Source: an uncultured delta proteobacterium
GTDB lineage: Bacteria > Desulfobacterota > Binatia > UBA9968
Assembly: GCA_963847445.1 (NCBI GenBank)
Contig: CAWJZV010000008.1
Span: 112,432-176,431, forward strand
DNA: 64,000 bases
Direction of reading: 5' to 3'
Both the position numbers and the translations under genes were made by a program. The stretch's first letter is position 1, and each line of letters begins with the position of its first letter. The notes beneath the pieces were generated by a model. It was not told where the DNA came from and did no database searches. It saw nothing but the letters and a program-made list of their open reading frames with translations. Below are positions 22,677 to 33,968 of this stretch, piece after piece.

Positions 22677-23726
22677 TCAACGTTGAGTGATTTCCTTGGC
22701 GAGCTTTTCCCACTTCTCGCTATCTTTCTCAAATTGTTCGAGGGAGCGGCCGAAGCCGGGATGCCAACGTTTGAACGGCAGATTGCTGGACGGATGACCG
22801 TATTGAAACTTCTCCAAGACCTTGCGCGCTTCGGCGCCGAGCAGAAAGTCGACAAACAGCGTCGCGGCGTGCGGGTGCGGCGGCTGGGCGCTGAGGCTGA
22901 CGCATCCCGAGTTGGTCGGCACCAGCTCCATCGGCACCCAGCTCGCCGGCGAGCCGCGCTCGGCCGAGACCATGGCGTGATTTCTGTAAATATGAAACGA
23001 CGCGCCGAGCTCGCCTGACGCCATCAGATCCACCAGCGCGGCGCTGCTGACGGTGTAAATGCGAATCTGCTGCGCTTTGAGTTTTTTGACGAAGGCTTCG
23101 CCCTTAAGTTTAATCATGGCGCCGATCATGCGCGCTGAACTTTCATTGAGCGTGATGCCCAGTTTCCCTTTCAACTGCGGATGGAGCAGGCCATCGAAAC
23201 CTTTGGGCACAGCATCGGCAGGCACCTGATCCTTGCTAAAACCGAAGCCCATGTACGATTCGCGAAAGATCGTCCAGAAGGTTAGACCGGCATCGGCCTT
23301 CTCCTTGGCGTCGCTTGGGTAGGCGGCGAGCAGCGGCGAATTGTACGGCCGGGTGAGGCCGTAGGCCTTCGACACCATGGTGAAATCGTAGGTGGTTTCG
23401 AGCGCATCCATGGTCGGCCGGCGCGCCTTGGTTTCCTCCGACATGCGCGTGACCAGATCGCTGCCGCCGGCGCGAAACGCTTCGACGCGCACGCCCGGAT
23501 ATTTAGTTTCGAAGGCTCGCGCCAGCGTCTTGTACGAGTCGCCCGCCAGCGAGGTGTACCAGGTGATCACGCCTTCGCTCTTGGCGCCGGCATAGAGCAG
23601 CTGCTCGCGGTCCGCGCCCATGTAGGTGGAGATTTCCGACACGGTGGCGGGCTTGCGCGGCTGGGCGAAGAGTTGATTGGCGAAAAGCAGCGAAAAGACT
23701 ACTAGACCGGATATCGCATGCAACAT
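22677..23726 (-). CDS. ABC substrate-binding protein (AfuA/FbpA-like), tandem paralog 1
   Basis: AGGAG RBS then MLHAISG; YAGAKSEGVITWYTSL; PPHPHAATLFVDFLL. Confidence 0.9.
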   Translation of the reverse strand: MLHAISGLVVFSLLFANQLFAQPRKPATVSEISTYMGADREQLLYAGAKSEGVITWYTSLAGDSYKTLARAFETKYPGVRVEAFRAGGSDLVTRMSEETKARRPTMDALETTYDFTMVSKAYGLTRPYNSPLLAAYPSDAKEKADAGLTFWTIFRESYMGFGFSKDQVPADAVPKGFDGLLHPQLKGKLGITLNESSARMIGAMIKLKGEAFVKKLKAQQIRIYTVSSAALVDLMASGELGASFHIYRNHAMVSAERGSPASWVPMELVPTNSGCVSLSAQPPHPHAATLFVDFLLGAEARKVLEKFQYGHPSSNLPFKRWHPGFGRSLEQFEKDSEKWEKLAKEITQR

Positions 23727-23962
23727 GATGGTGATCTCCTGTGCCTTTGCTGGCCGGTGGGGCTGGCAACGCGTATCTCTTCCGCCCGGATAGCATGGCG
23801 CATCGAAGCGAGTCAATGCGCAGGCGATCCTTCTTCCCAAAAGGGGGCGATCACCAACTTACCCGAATGGGGCTTGTGAGAAGTTTTCGTAGTTGTTATC
23901 GCTCTGACCGGATTGAGGAGCAGGAACGGTTAAGAAAAACGACCAACTCGAGGAGGAGTTTT

Positions 23963-24520
23963 ATGAATAGGAAATTGGTTGCAGCGTTTGCGCTGGGGAT
24001 ATCACTCATCGTGAGTGGAACTGTTTTTGCGGACGACAAACGCAAGAAGGAAACTGTGCTTCATGCAAGCTTGCACGGCTTTCAGGAAGTTCCGTCAGTG
24101 TCGACGCCGGCACGCGGCGAGTTCCGTGCAAGAATCAACAAGGATGAATTGTCCATCGATTATGAGCTCACTTACGAGGGGCTACAGAACACGGTTACCC
24201 AAGCTCATATTCACTTTGGCCAGCGGGCCGTCAACGGCAGTATTGTTATCTGGCTATGCGGTACCGCGTCCAACCCTGGACCGGCTGGTACCCAGACTTG
24301 TCCTCAAACCGCGAAAGATCTCACCACCGTCAAGGGCACGATCACCGCGTCAAATGTGATAGCGTCGAGCCAGTTAAATCAAGAGATCCTGGCGGGAGAA
24401 CTGGCGGAAGTCATCGCGGCGCTGCGTGCCGGGGTTGCTTACGCAAATGTTCACTCGACACCAAACACGACCGGTGGTGAAATCCGCGGGCAGATCAACC
24501 AAGGACGTAAGGACGACTAA
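23963..24520 (+). CDS. Secreted CHRD-domain protein
   Basis: Signal peptide; LHGFQEVPSVST, QAHIHFG, AYANVHS, GGEIRGQ. Confidence 0.9.
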   Translation: MNRKLVAAFALGISLIVSGTVFADDKRKKETVLHASLHGFQEVPSVSTPARGEFRARINKDELSIDYELTYEGLQNTVTQAHIHFGQRAVNGSIVIWLCGTASNPGPAGTQTCPQTAKDLTTVKGTITASNVIASSQLNQEILAGELAEVIAALRAGVAYANVHSTPNTTGGEIRGQINQGRKDD

Positions 24521-24547
24521 CATCGTCCCAATGCTGGTCTTATCGAT

Positions 24548-24592
24548 AAAGCGGCGCTTCCACAAGTTGTCCGTGCAAGCGCCGCTTTTTTA
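24548..24592. terminator. Bidirectional intrinsic terminator
   Basis: aaagcggcgctt...aagcgccgctttttt between convergent genes. Confidence 0.7.
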
Positions 24593-24606
24593 TCGATTAA
24601 AGTTGT

Positions 24607-25693
24607 TTACTTGCTTCCTTGCTCCATGTACTGGCGCAGGAAGCTCAATAGCTCCGGCGCTACTTGCGCGGCACGTTGAAAGGTTTTCTCTCCCTGTTCG
24701 CCGACCTCGAAGCGCGGATAAAAGCGCATGACTTTCTGCGATTCGGCGATGAAATCGGCGTCTTTCGATAGCGCTGTGACCGCTTGCTCGCAGCGTCGTC
24801 ACCGCTTCCGGCGGCGAGTTGGGCGGCAGCATGATGGTGCGGGTCATGTTGGTGCTCGACATGTTCGCGGCTTTCAATGCGTCGTACTTGATGCCGCTCG
24901 GCAGCTTGCCAAAAACTTGCCGGTAATAATGGGTGAAGGGGAGCAGTTCCGGGACATCGGGACTGACGACGATTTCGCCGTCGAAGGAGACCAGATCGGT
25001 GTAATAGAGCGCTGTAACCATGCCGGTTTGCACCATCTGCGGTTCGACGGCGGAGCGGTAGCTCGGCAGCGTCTCGTCGTGGTAATGCGCTTCGCCGCGC
25101 TGCACCGCGAGCCTGGCGGTGGACGAGGAATTGTATCCAGTCACGTAATCATATTTCAGCCCAAGCAGATCGAAGGACAGCCGGAAACGCACGTCTTTGG
25201 AACTCGCTAAGCCCAACCCCGCCGCTCTGAAACGGTCGGCCTTGACGAAGTCCGCGGCCTTCTTAATGCCCGGCGCGAGATCGGAGCGAATATAAGAAAC
25301 CGTCACTCCCTGGACGCCGGAGATGAAGCCGAACTTGGCGAAGTCGACGCGCAGGCCCGGCTCTTTCAATTGATGATGAAACAAGGTGCCGGTGAGATAG
25401 CCGGCGGTAAGACCATCCGGTTTCGCCACCTCGCCGAGAAAATTCACCGCGGTCACGCCGCCGCCCCCGCCCATCGCCTGGATCGTCACCGCGGGATTGC
25501 CTGGAATATGCTTCGCTAAATGTTTGGCGATGACCCGCCCTTCGATATCGGTGGGGCCGCCGGCGGCGAAGTTGATGATGACGGTGAGTGTCTTGCCCTG
25601 ATAGAAAGGAACCTTCTCCGCGGCGCGCACCGGCGTGTAAACACCGAGAACCAAACCGAGGCAGAAAATCTGCAATAAATGTTTTCGTTTCAT
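24607..25693 (-). CDS. TctC/Bug family substrate-binding protein, frameshift near 24790
   Basis: FYQGKTLTVII, AGGPTDIEGR, KHIPGNP, KPDGLT; true tail reads AVTALSKDADFIAESQKV...YMEQGSK* in the other frame. Confidence 0.88.
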
Positions 25694-26007
25694 GGTGCTC
25701 TCCTTTTTGACGCTGGAAAGTTAGAAACAGAAATCCCTTTAAACCGCGCCGCCGCCACAGTGGTTGCAAAGGAACCTTTAGCATTAAACTCATCTGGCGC
25801 CAAATGCGCCGACAATAGCCCGCATGTCCGGCTAAATCAGCGACTTGGCCACCCGTGGAGACCGCGTCCGATTGCCGCAGCTTGCCAAAGTCACCAGCAA
25901 ATCTCCGGGCAAACTCCATAACTGTTCAACGCCACGGTCGATATTAGGTCTCAGGTCGGGAGTCGGCACAAGATAATTATCCGCCTTCGCCGCCCCGATG
26001 ATTTATA

Positions 26008-29000
26008 ATGACATGCTTAATGATGACTGCATCCTGGCTAACCCGCAGTGCCAACATAATCGTAACTATCTCGGGCTATTTCATTCTGGCGTGGCTAGTT
26101 AACTCATTAAACAGCGGATCGACTTCCGAGGCGGTGATTTGGCCGTCCGCCGGTCTGGCCCTTGCGGCATTGTTGGGTTTTGGTTATTCGGCGAGTGTTG
26201 GAGTTTTCCTCGGGTCCTTCGCGTTTAGCAGCTGGCTCGCCTGGCAAAACGATCAGCTCGCTTCCATAGCCAGTCAAGCTGGTATAGCGGCGATGGGTCG
26301 GGCGCTTGGAGCAACTTTGCAAGCGCTGATCGGCGCGCTGCTGGTGCGCCGTTTCATAATATTGCCGAATAATTTTGACCGCGAACTCGATATCGCGAAG
26401 TTTCTCGTCATCGCTGGGCCGTTGACGGGTCTGGTCAGCGCCAGTGGGTCCGTAACGCTGCAATGGATCACCGGCGCCGTTCCATCGAGCGAATATTTTT
26501 CAATCTGGCTTGCCTGGTGGGTGCGCGATCTGGTCGGCAGCCTGATGATAACGCCAATTTTGCTCTTGTTCCTGGGCGAACAGCGTCTTGTGAACTGGCG
26601 TCGCATCCTAACGGTTGGCGCGCCAGTAACTGTCCTGGCCGTGGTGGTGTGCGGCATCTTTATCTACGCGCGAGATTGGCAGAAAACCGAGAGCCAAATC
26701 GAACTTGGCAGGCAGGCGACCAGCGTCTCTGACTCTTTGCAGAATAGCTTGAGCAGCCAATTAGCGTTGCTCCAAACCATGGCCAGTTTTTATGCCAGCG
26801 CCGATGAAGTGAGCCGTCGGGAGTTCGCCAGCTTCGTGCGCACCTTAAGCAAAGACAATCGCGGGTTGCAGGCGATCGCATGGGTGCCGCGCGTGACCAA
26901 CGCGCAGCGCGCCGAGTATGAGCGCATGGCGCGCCAGGACGGCTATCCGGCGTTTGAACTCAAAGAGCGCAATTATTACGGCAAATTAATTCGCGCCGGC
27001 GTGCGCGCCGAATACTTTCCGGTTTATTTCGTCGAGCCTTACCAGGGAAACGAAGCGGTGATCGGTTTCGATCTAGGGTCGAGCCCGCCCCGTCTAGCGG
27101 CGCTGTCCTCGGCGCGAGACAACGGAGTGGCTACTGCCAGTGGCCGAGTCCAATTGATCCCAACACAGAGCGGCCAGTCTGGAGTCCTAGTTTTGCAACC
27201 TATCTACGGCGAAGGCCGGCCGCTAAGTATCGCGAACCAACGGCAGCAGAATCTGCGTGGCTTCGCTCTGGTGGTTTTAAATGTTGAAGACCTAGTTAAC
27301 AGTGCAATCGGTCATCTTGGGCTGACCCATATTGACCTGAAGATCTATGACGACAACGGCGTGGCCGGCGACCAACTGCTTTTCTCTTCGGCTCGAGGCG
27401 ACGAGGATGATCATTCGAATGACACCGGGTTACACTGGGTGACGACAGCTAAATTTGCCGGCCGCGACTGGCGCATCGCGATCTATCCATCGGCCTTGTC
27501 GCAACTTAAAAATGATTCTTGGCAAGCGTCAGCGGTGCTCATTTTCGGCACGGCGTTGACGACGATGTTGGGGGTGATTCTTCTGTGGACGACCGGACGG
27601 GCGGCCAGAGTCGAAGGCTTGGTGCATGAGCGGACCGCCGATCTGGCGCGGGAGATCACCCAGCGCAAAGCCACTGATGCGAAATTACGGAGCAGCGAAA
27701 CCCGCGTTCAAGCAGTGTTCGAAGCCGCGCCCAGCGGCATTTTTACCGTCGACGGTAGTGGCAATGTGGAATCGATCAATCCCGCCGGCGAAACGATTTT
27801 TGGATACCCTGCGGCGGCTCTGATCGGCAAGCCGGCGCGCTCGTTATTCTTCGGTCCGTACCAGCGTTTATTCGAAAGCCGCATCGGCATTTATGAAGAA
27901 TCAGGGGTGAGCGAAGTGCAGCACTCGGCGTGGGAATTGCAAGGTCAACGCTCGGACGGTTCAGTGTTTCCTCTAGAGCTGGCGCTGAGCGCGGCGCGCA
28001 TAGAAGATCAGGTAATCTCCATCGGTATCGTCCACGATATATTCGAACAGAAACGCGTCCATGCGGAGTTAGCGCAAGCTAAAGAGGCGGCTGAGAGCTC
28101 CAGTCGCGCCAAAAGCGAATTTCTCGCCAGCATGAGCCATGAAATCCGCACGCCAATGAACGCGATTATCGGCATGGCGGATTTGCTCAGAGAGACATCT
28201 CTTAACTCTGAACAAACGGATTACGTCAACACCTTCGCCAACGCAGGCGAAGCGCTGCTCAGCCTGATCAACGATATTTTAGATGTGTCAAAAATCGAAG
28301 CGGGGCAACTGGAGCTCGAACAGGTTCCCATTCAGCCTCGAACCCATGATCGAGAAGCCCTTCGCCATGCTCGCTGGGCGCGCCCATAAAAAGGGGCTGG
28401 AGATCGCCTACAAGATAGCCCCCGACGTTCCCCGTGGAATCGTCGGCGACGCCACGCGGCTGGGACAAATGATCATCAACTTGATGACCAACGGGATTAA
28501 ATTTACTGAAAAAGGCGAGGTTATTTTGACCGTCGCCGTCGACGCCGATAGCTCCCCGGAAAACTGTATCTTGCGCTTTTCCGTCAGCGATACTGGCATC
28601 GGTATTCCGGCGGAGAAGCTCGATATGATCTTCGAGCGCTTCACCCAAGTCGATTCGTCGACGACGCGCCGGTTTGGCGGCACCGGCCTCGGTTTGGCGA
28701 TCTGTAAACAACTAGCTGCGATGATGGGCGGGCGGATTTGGGTCGAAAGCACTCTCGGTCACGGCAGTAGGTTTAGTTTTACCGCCCGCTTCGCAGTGGC
28801 GGCTGAAGCAGACTTACCAGGGCTGCCGCGGCAAAATCTTAGCGGCCTCAAAGCCATGATCGTTGACGATAACCTGACCAATTTGATGATTGAGCAGCAG
28901 ATCCTGGTCTCGATGGGAATGCACGCCGGGGTGTGTGCCAGCGGTCGCGAGGGTTTAGCCGAGTTGCAGCGCGCCCATTTGCGCGGCGATCCCTACGATC

Positions 29001-29671
29001 TGGTTTTGCTCGACCGCGAAATGCCTGAGATGGATGGCTTTACGGTCGCGCAAAATATTTCCCGCGACCCGAGCCTGGCCGGCATCAAGATTGTCATGTA
29101 CGTCTCTTCTTTGGCAGCCGGCGACGTTAGCCGCATGCAAACCCTCGGCGTCGCGCGGGTGCTGATCAAGCCGGTGCGCCGGTCGATTTTGGCGGAAGCG
29201 ATCACCGCGGTATTCGGCGAGCGCGGCGGCGCGAAGGCGCTAGAAGGCGCGCCTACCGTGACATCCTTGGCGCCGGCGGAAGCGCGCGCGCTGCGCATTC
29301 TCGTCGTCGACGATACCTCGGATAACCGTAATCTGATCCGGGCCTATTTGAAAAAATCTCCCTACCTGATCGACATGGCGGAAAACGGCGCGATCGCCGT
29401 GCAAAAATTCACCGCAAGTCGCTACGATCTGGTTTTGATGGATATGCAGATGCCGGTGCTGGATGGCTACAGCGCCACCGCGGCAATTCGCGATTGGGAA
29501 AGAGAGCATGGGGTCGTGCCGACGCCGATCGTCGCGCTTACCGCCCACGCCCTCGCCGGCGATATGGAGAAGTCGCTTGAGGCCGGTTGCACGGCCCATG
29601 TGACCAAGCCGATTAAAAAACCCAAATTGATGGAAACCATCGCACAGTTCGCAGGGGGTAAGGAGTTATGA
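26008..29671 (+). CDS. Hybrid histidine kinase MASE1-CHASE-PAS-HisKA-HATPase-REC-REC, frameshift near 28320
   Basis: [10 protein letters not shown] (MASE1), [10 protein letters not shown]...GFDL (CHASE), [11 protein letters not shown] (PAS), [20 protein letters not shown] boxes, FGGTGLGL, receivers LLDREMP and LMDMQMP. Confidence 0.93.
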
Positions 29672-29982
29672 GTCACGCCGAAGCGATCCTCGTTCGCGTC
29701 GATATAGTTCTGGAGGATTTGGTTCCACAGTTTCTCAGCAACCGACTGGGCGACATTGAGTCGATCCGTTGCGCGACGGCCAGCGGCGACTACGAAACTG
29801 TCGGCGCCTTGGGCCATGGTATGAAAGGCGCCGGCGGCGGGTTTGGTTTCGACGACATTACCGTGATCGGCGCGGCTCTGGAGCAGGCGGCAAAACGACA
29901 GGATATCCCGGCGATCGCCGCCGAACTGGAAAAACTCGCCGATTATTTGGCGCGAGTCGAAGTAGTCTATGAAGAACTCTGA
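29668..29982 (+). CDS. Stand-alone Hpt phosphotransfer protein
   Basis: LGHGMKGAGGGFGF Hpt motif; overlaps the kinase stop codon. Confidence 0.88.
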   Translation: MSHAEAILVRVDIVLEDLVPQFLSNRLGDIESIRCATASGDYETVGALGHGMKGAGGGFGFDDITVIGAALEQAAKRQDIPAIAAELEKLADYLARVEVVYEEL

Positions 29983-30277
29983 TGCAACGCTGGTCCTGAA
30001 CGTCGATGACGACAAGGATAGTCGGAAGCTCATCGAGCGCTTCCTCGCTGGTGCCGGTTATTGTGTGTTGTCGGCGGACAGCGGTGCCAGCGCGCTTTCG
30101 CTTGTGAGCGAGGCGACGCCGGACTTGATCTTGCTCGACGTCATCATGCCGGGGATGGACGGCTACGCAGTTTGTGCCGAGTTACTGCAGCCGACGACGG
30201 CATCGATGCGATCATGCAGTTGGGCCGTAAACAGCAAGAGAGTCACTGATAGTCTAACTGGCGACAAGGGAGGATGA
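29969..30277 (+). pseudogene. Truncated response regulator (N-terminal two-thirds of a REC domain)
   Basis: VLNVDDD...PDLILLDVIMPGMDGYAVC; similarity is lost before the Thr/Lys elements. Confidence 0.7.
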
Positions 30278-31488
30278 TGATTACCATACAGGAAACATTC
30301 GACGCTGAGTTGCTGGCCAAGCGCAATACCTCTCTGCGCGAACTGGGCGCCGATCTGGACACTATTGAGGGTTTGATTCTCGCTTTGGCAGATCCCACCG
30401 TCGCCGTGGAGCGCGGACGTAGACTGGCCCGCATCGCCCACTCCATCAAAGGTATCGCCGGCAGGTATGGCCTCGATTTGATCTCGGTGGCGGTGCATCG
30501 AATGGAAGACGATATGGCGATCCAGGATCTCGTCGATGGCGAAAACGATAAATATGTCGAGCGCATGTTAAAGCACAAGGAGCGCTTGGTGAAATTGGTC
30601 GAGGCCTATTTCAATGATGACCAGCAGGTATTGGCCGACATGCAGCCAATCTTCGCCCGTGCCCCGGCTGCGCCGGCACTCGAGCCGGACGCTGCCGAGG
30701 CCGCGTCATGGTTCCGCGTGCTCCTGGTCGATTCCTCACGGGCGACGCTGAAGGTCTGCGTCGATGTGCTCAATGAACTAGGGGTAGAGGAAGTCGCCAC
30801 CGAGCAAGACGGCTACGAAGCCCTGGGCCGGCTGCTCAAAGAGCCGTTTGACGCCGTGATCACCGCGCTCCATGTGCCGACCATTGGTGGTCACTCGTTG
30901 ATGCCGGCACTAAGAACCATCCCCGGACCCAATCAGATGACGCCGGTGATCTTGCTGACCCCGTCGGCCGCGGACCTCGTTGCCAACGCGGTCCGGCCCG
31001 ACTACATCGTCGAAACAAATCTCAAAATGACGCAGCGCTTGAAAAGAATCCTGAGCGAATTGAAAGACGCTGCTAGGCTTGGCGCGCCACTGGTTTGGCC
31101 GAAGATTGATCGGGTGTTGAAGAAAATCGTCTTGGTCGACGATTCGCCGACGATTCATCAATTGCTTCGGATATCGTTCAAACGCTTTAAGCATATCCAG
31201 ATCGCCAGCTTAGAAGATCCGACGACGGCGGTGGCTTTTGTCCGTAACGAGCGGCCCGATTTAGTCTTGCTGGACTTAAACATGCCGAAGCTAAGCGGCA
31301 AGGACGTCATACGCGAGATCAAGATGAGCGCCGACCTGCAAGACATTCCGGTGGCGTTTCTAACCGCGGCTGACACTGCCGACGAGCGCGAAGAGTTGTT
31401 CGGCCTGGGCGCTTGGCAGGTTTTTAAGAAACCTTTTGTGCCGAAAACTTTCGCCGACGAATTGCTCCAAATCTATAAAGAAGCGTAG
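30274..31488 (+). CDS. Hpt-REC-REC phosphorelay protein
   Basis: IAHSIKGIAG (Hpt); REC1 VLLVDSS...DAVITALHVP lacks the phosphoacceptor Asp; REC2 VLVDDS...LLDLNMP...FLTA...KKPF. Confidence 0.85.
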   Translation: MMITIQETFDAELLAKRNTSLRELGADLDTIEGLILALADPTVAVERGRRLARIAHSIKGIAGRYGLDLISVAVHRMEDDMAIQDLVDGENDKYVERMLKHKERLVKLVEAYFNDDQQVLADMQPIFARAPAAPALEPDAAEAASWFRVLLVDSSRATLKVCVDVLNELGVEEVATEQDGYEALGRLLKEPFDAVITALHVPTIGGHSLMPALRTIPGPNQMTPVILLTPSAADLVANAVRPDYIVETNLKMTQRLKRILSELKDAARLGAPLVWPKIDRVLKKIVLVDDSPTIHQLLRISFKRFKHIQIASLEDPTTAVAFVRNERPDLVLLDLNMPKLSGKDVIREIKMSADLQDIPVAFLTAADTADEREELFGLGAWQVFKKPFVPKTFADELLQIYKEA

Positions 31489-31616
31489 CCGGTGCGGCGA
31501 ATGCCGCCCCGCCGACCCCCAAGGCGTAACACGATACGCGCTTGCGTCCGGGCTTCCTCTTTGGATTCGTTGCGTATTGCGCGGCTATCTCGGCGGTTCC
31601 GATTTACCGCGTTAGC

Positions 31617-32621
31617 TTACAAGCCGAAGATTTTGCGAAACTCGCGCGCGTGATCGTCCAGTCCTGAGTACACCTCTTTGGGTACCGCTTTCACCTTCAA
31701 TTTGCTTTGATCCATTTTCGCCGCCAGCGGTTTGACGTCGGTCCGAGCCGGGATGCGACGCATCTCGCGGATCATTTCCTGACCTTTACGCGAAGTCGCG
31801 AAGTTGATCAGCAGCTTGGCGGCATTGGGGCTGGTCGCCTTGGCGCTGAGCGCTATGCCGCTGATGGTCGCGACGATGGGATCGAAGCTTTCGATCCAAT
31901 CCACTGGCGCGCCGTCGCTCTTCATTCTTTCGATGCGGAAGTTATAGGCCCACGCCAAGGGCACTTCGCCGGCGCCGACCAGTTGTGCGGTTAAGCCGTG
32001 GCCGCGGCGCCAGAGCGGGTCTTGCTTGGCCAGCTGCTGCATGTACTTGACGGTCTTTTCCCGGCCCCACACCGTCAACAACGTGCCGAACCAGTCGTAG
32101 TCGGTGGAGTCCATGAGCATCTGCCCTTTCCATTTTGGCGCGAGCAGATCCTCATAACTTTTCGGCGCGTCTTTGGCGGCGAGCATCTTGGTGTTGTATG
32201 CGAGCACCAGATTATTGACGAACACGCCGGTCCAGTAGCCCTGGGGGTCTTTAAATTGATCCATAAAGAGATCGCGATCGGGCGCTAGATAGGGCGTGAT
32301 CATCTTGCGCTCGATCATCGTCGCGATCGAGCTCGTCGATAGGACATCGAATGCCCAGCGCCCGGCGCGGGTCTCGCTCAAGATGCGGTTTACCAGTTGT
32401 TCTTCGCCCAATCGAACCAGTTCCGGTTTGATGAATGGATGCTCTTTAACAAAGGCGTCGAGCAACGGCTTCGAGGTATCCACCGCCATCGAAGTGTACC
32501 AAGTGAGTTTGCCTTCTTTCCTGGCGCCGTCGATGAGGCTGGACTGGGATTGTGCGTCGAGGTTGGCGGCGAGCGAGAGACTGAGGCTTACCGCAGCGAC
32601 TAAAAGTAGGTAATATTTCAT
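31617..32621 (-). CDS. ABC substrate-binding protein (AfuA/FbpA-like)
   Basis: Signal peptide MKYYLLLV; GARKEGKLTWYTSM; PKWKG; PNAAKLLINF...KGQ. Confidence 0.9.
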   Translation of the reverse strand: MKYYLLLVAAVSLSLSLAANLDAQSQSSLIDGARKEGKLTWYTSMAVDTSKPLLDAFVKEHPFIKPELVRLGEEQLVNRILSETRAGRWAFDVLSTSSIATMIERKMITPYLAPDRDLFMDQFKDPQGYWTGVFVNNLVLAYNTKMLAAKDAPKSYEDLLAPKWKGQMLMDSTDYDWFGTLLTVWGREKTVKYMQQLAKQDPLWRRGHGLTAQLVGAGEVPLAWAYNFRIERMKSDGAPVDWIESFDPIVATISGIALSAKATSPNAAKLLINFATSRKGQEMIREMRRIPARTDVKPLAAKMDQSKLKVKAVPKEVYSGLDDHAREFRKIFGL

Positions 32622-32649
32622 GCTACTCCACTGGGCTGCTCCGGGTCGA

Positions 32650-32717
32650 GATGGACGATGGAGGACGGCTCGGATTGAAGCACGCGATCTTCTATCGTCC
32701 ATCCTCGATCCTCGACC
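32650..32717. repeat. Heptamer palindrome (gatggac/gatggag ... atcctcg units)
   Basis: gatggacgatggaggacgg...atcgtccatcctcgatcctcgacc. Confidence 0.55.
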
Positions 32718-32725
32718 CGTCAGTT

Positions 32726-33846
32726 CTACGCCCGCGGGTAAAACGCGTCGACCATCAAACGTTTATGATGACCGGGCGTGCCGAGATATTGATATAGCGT
32801 ATGAGCGAGGACGCTGTGCGCCATCATCGGGTGGCTGTAGTCCGTGCCCGGTCCGGCCCAGACCATGTGCGCGTAGTTGGTGCCATGATAGTAGCCGTCG
32901 CTGGCGGTGGCTTTGGCCTCATGCACACCGGCGCGGGCGTCCATGCCGGTTTCTAAGCGCCAGATCGCTTCATAGGTCGCCCAGCGCGCGGTGTCCAAGC
33001 AGATCGAGATATCGACGCAGTGATCTTGGACCCGTTGAAAGCGACCGATGGGTTGTCCGAAGACCACGCGGGTGCGGGTGTACTCGCAGGTGAAGTCAAA
33101 GACTTCCTGGGTGGCGCCGACTTGATAGGCCGACAAAATCGGCAGCGCTTTGTCGAGAGCTTTTTCCAGGGTCGCCCAACTGGCGCCGCTCGAGCCGAGC
33201 AGGTTGTCGGCGTGACGATGACATTGTTGAAACGCACTTCAAATACCGAGACGAAGAAGCCAATGTGCTGAGTCACGGTGACGCCGGGGCTCTTGGCGTC
33301 GACCAGCAGGAAGACCACTTTGCCTTCTTCACTGCGCGCGGCGCAGAGAAAACTCGTCGCGGCGTCGGCGTCGAAGACGAAACGCTTGGTGCCGTTCATC
33401 AAATAGCCGCTGGGGGTTTTGCTCAAGCGGGTTTCGACCGCTTCCGGTCCCCAGTAGGCGGACTGGTCGACGATCGCCGGTACGACGATGGTCTTGCCGC
33501 TGCACAACTCCGGCAGCAACGCTTTTCTTTGTGCGTCGGTGCAGGCTTCGAAAATCATCTGGGCGCTGAGTATGCCGGACGTGAACAGCGGACCCGGCAC
33601 CGGGCCGTGGCCCAACTGTTCGAAAACTACGGCGCAGTCCATCGGCGACAGGCCGGCGCCGCCCCATTCTTCCGGCAACATCATGCCCAACCAGCCGAGC
33701 TCGGCGGCTTTTTTTAAGATCTCTGGTCTAAACACTTGCTTGTTTTTGTACCACTGGGTCATCTGGTGCGCCGGCACTTCTGCCTTGACGAAATCCGCGG
33801 CAACTTTTTTCAACATCTCTTGGTCTTCGGTTAAACCTAAATCCAT
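32726..33846 (-). CDS. Acyl-CoA dehydrogenase family subunit (FadE27/28-like), frameshift near 33190
   Basis: MDLGLTEDQEML, LPEEWGGAG, NGTKRFV, RVVFGQPIGRFQRVQDH, AKATASD. Confidence 0.88.
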
Positions 33847-33872
33847 TTCTTTTCTCCTACGTTCAGAGCCCG

Positions 33873-33944
33873 TGGAACCTTATGGAACCTCTGGAACGAA
33901 ACAGCTCATGTATCAATCGTTCCAATGGTTCCGGATGTTCCAGT
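33873..33944. repeat. Nonamer palindrome (TGGAAC/GTTCCA units)
   Basis: tggaacctta-tggaacctc-tggaacg ... cgttccaatg-gttccggat-gttccag. Confidence 0.6.
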
Positions 33945-33968
33945 TGTTACCTGTTGCCCCATGGCCAA

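Noticed and set aside
25860-25960. Possible c-di-GMP-I riboswitch (gggcaaac) upstream of the kinase
   Set aside because: No GAAA tetraloop or second stem with the required motif could be found.
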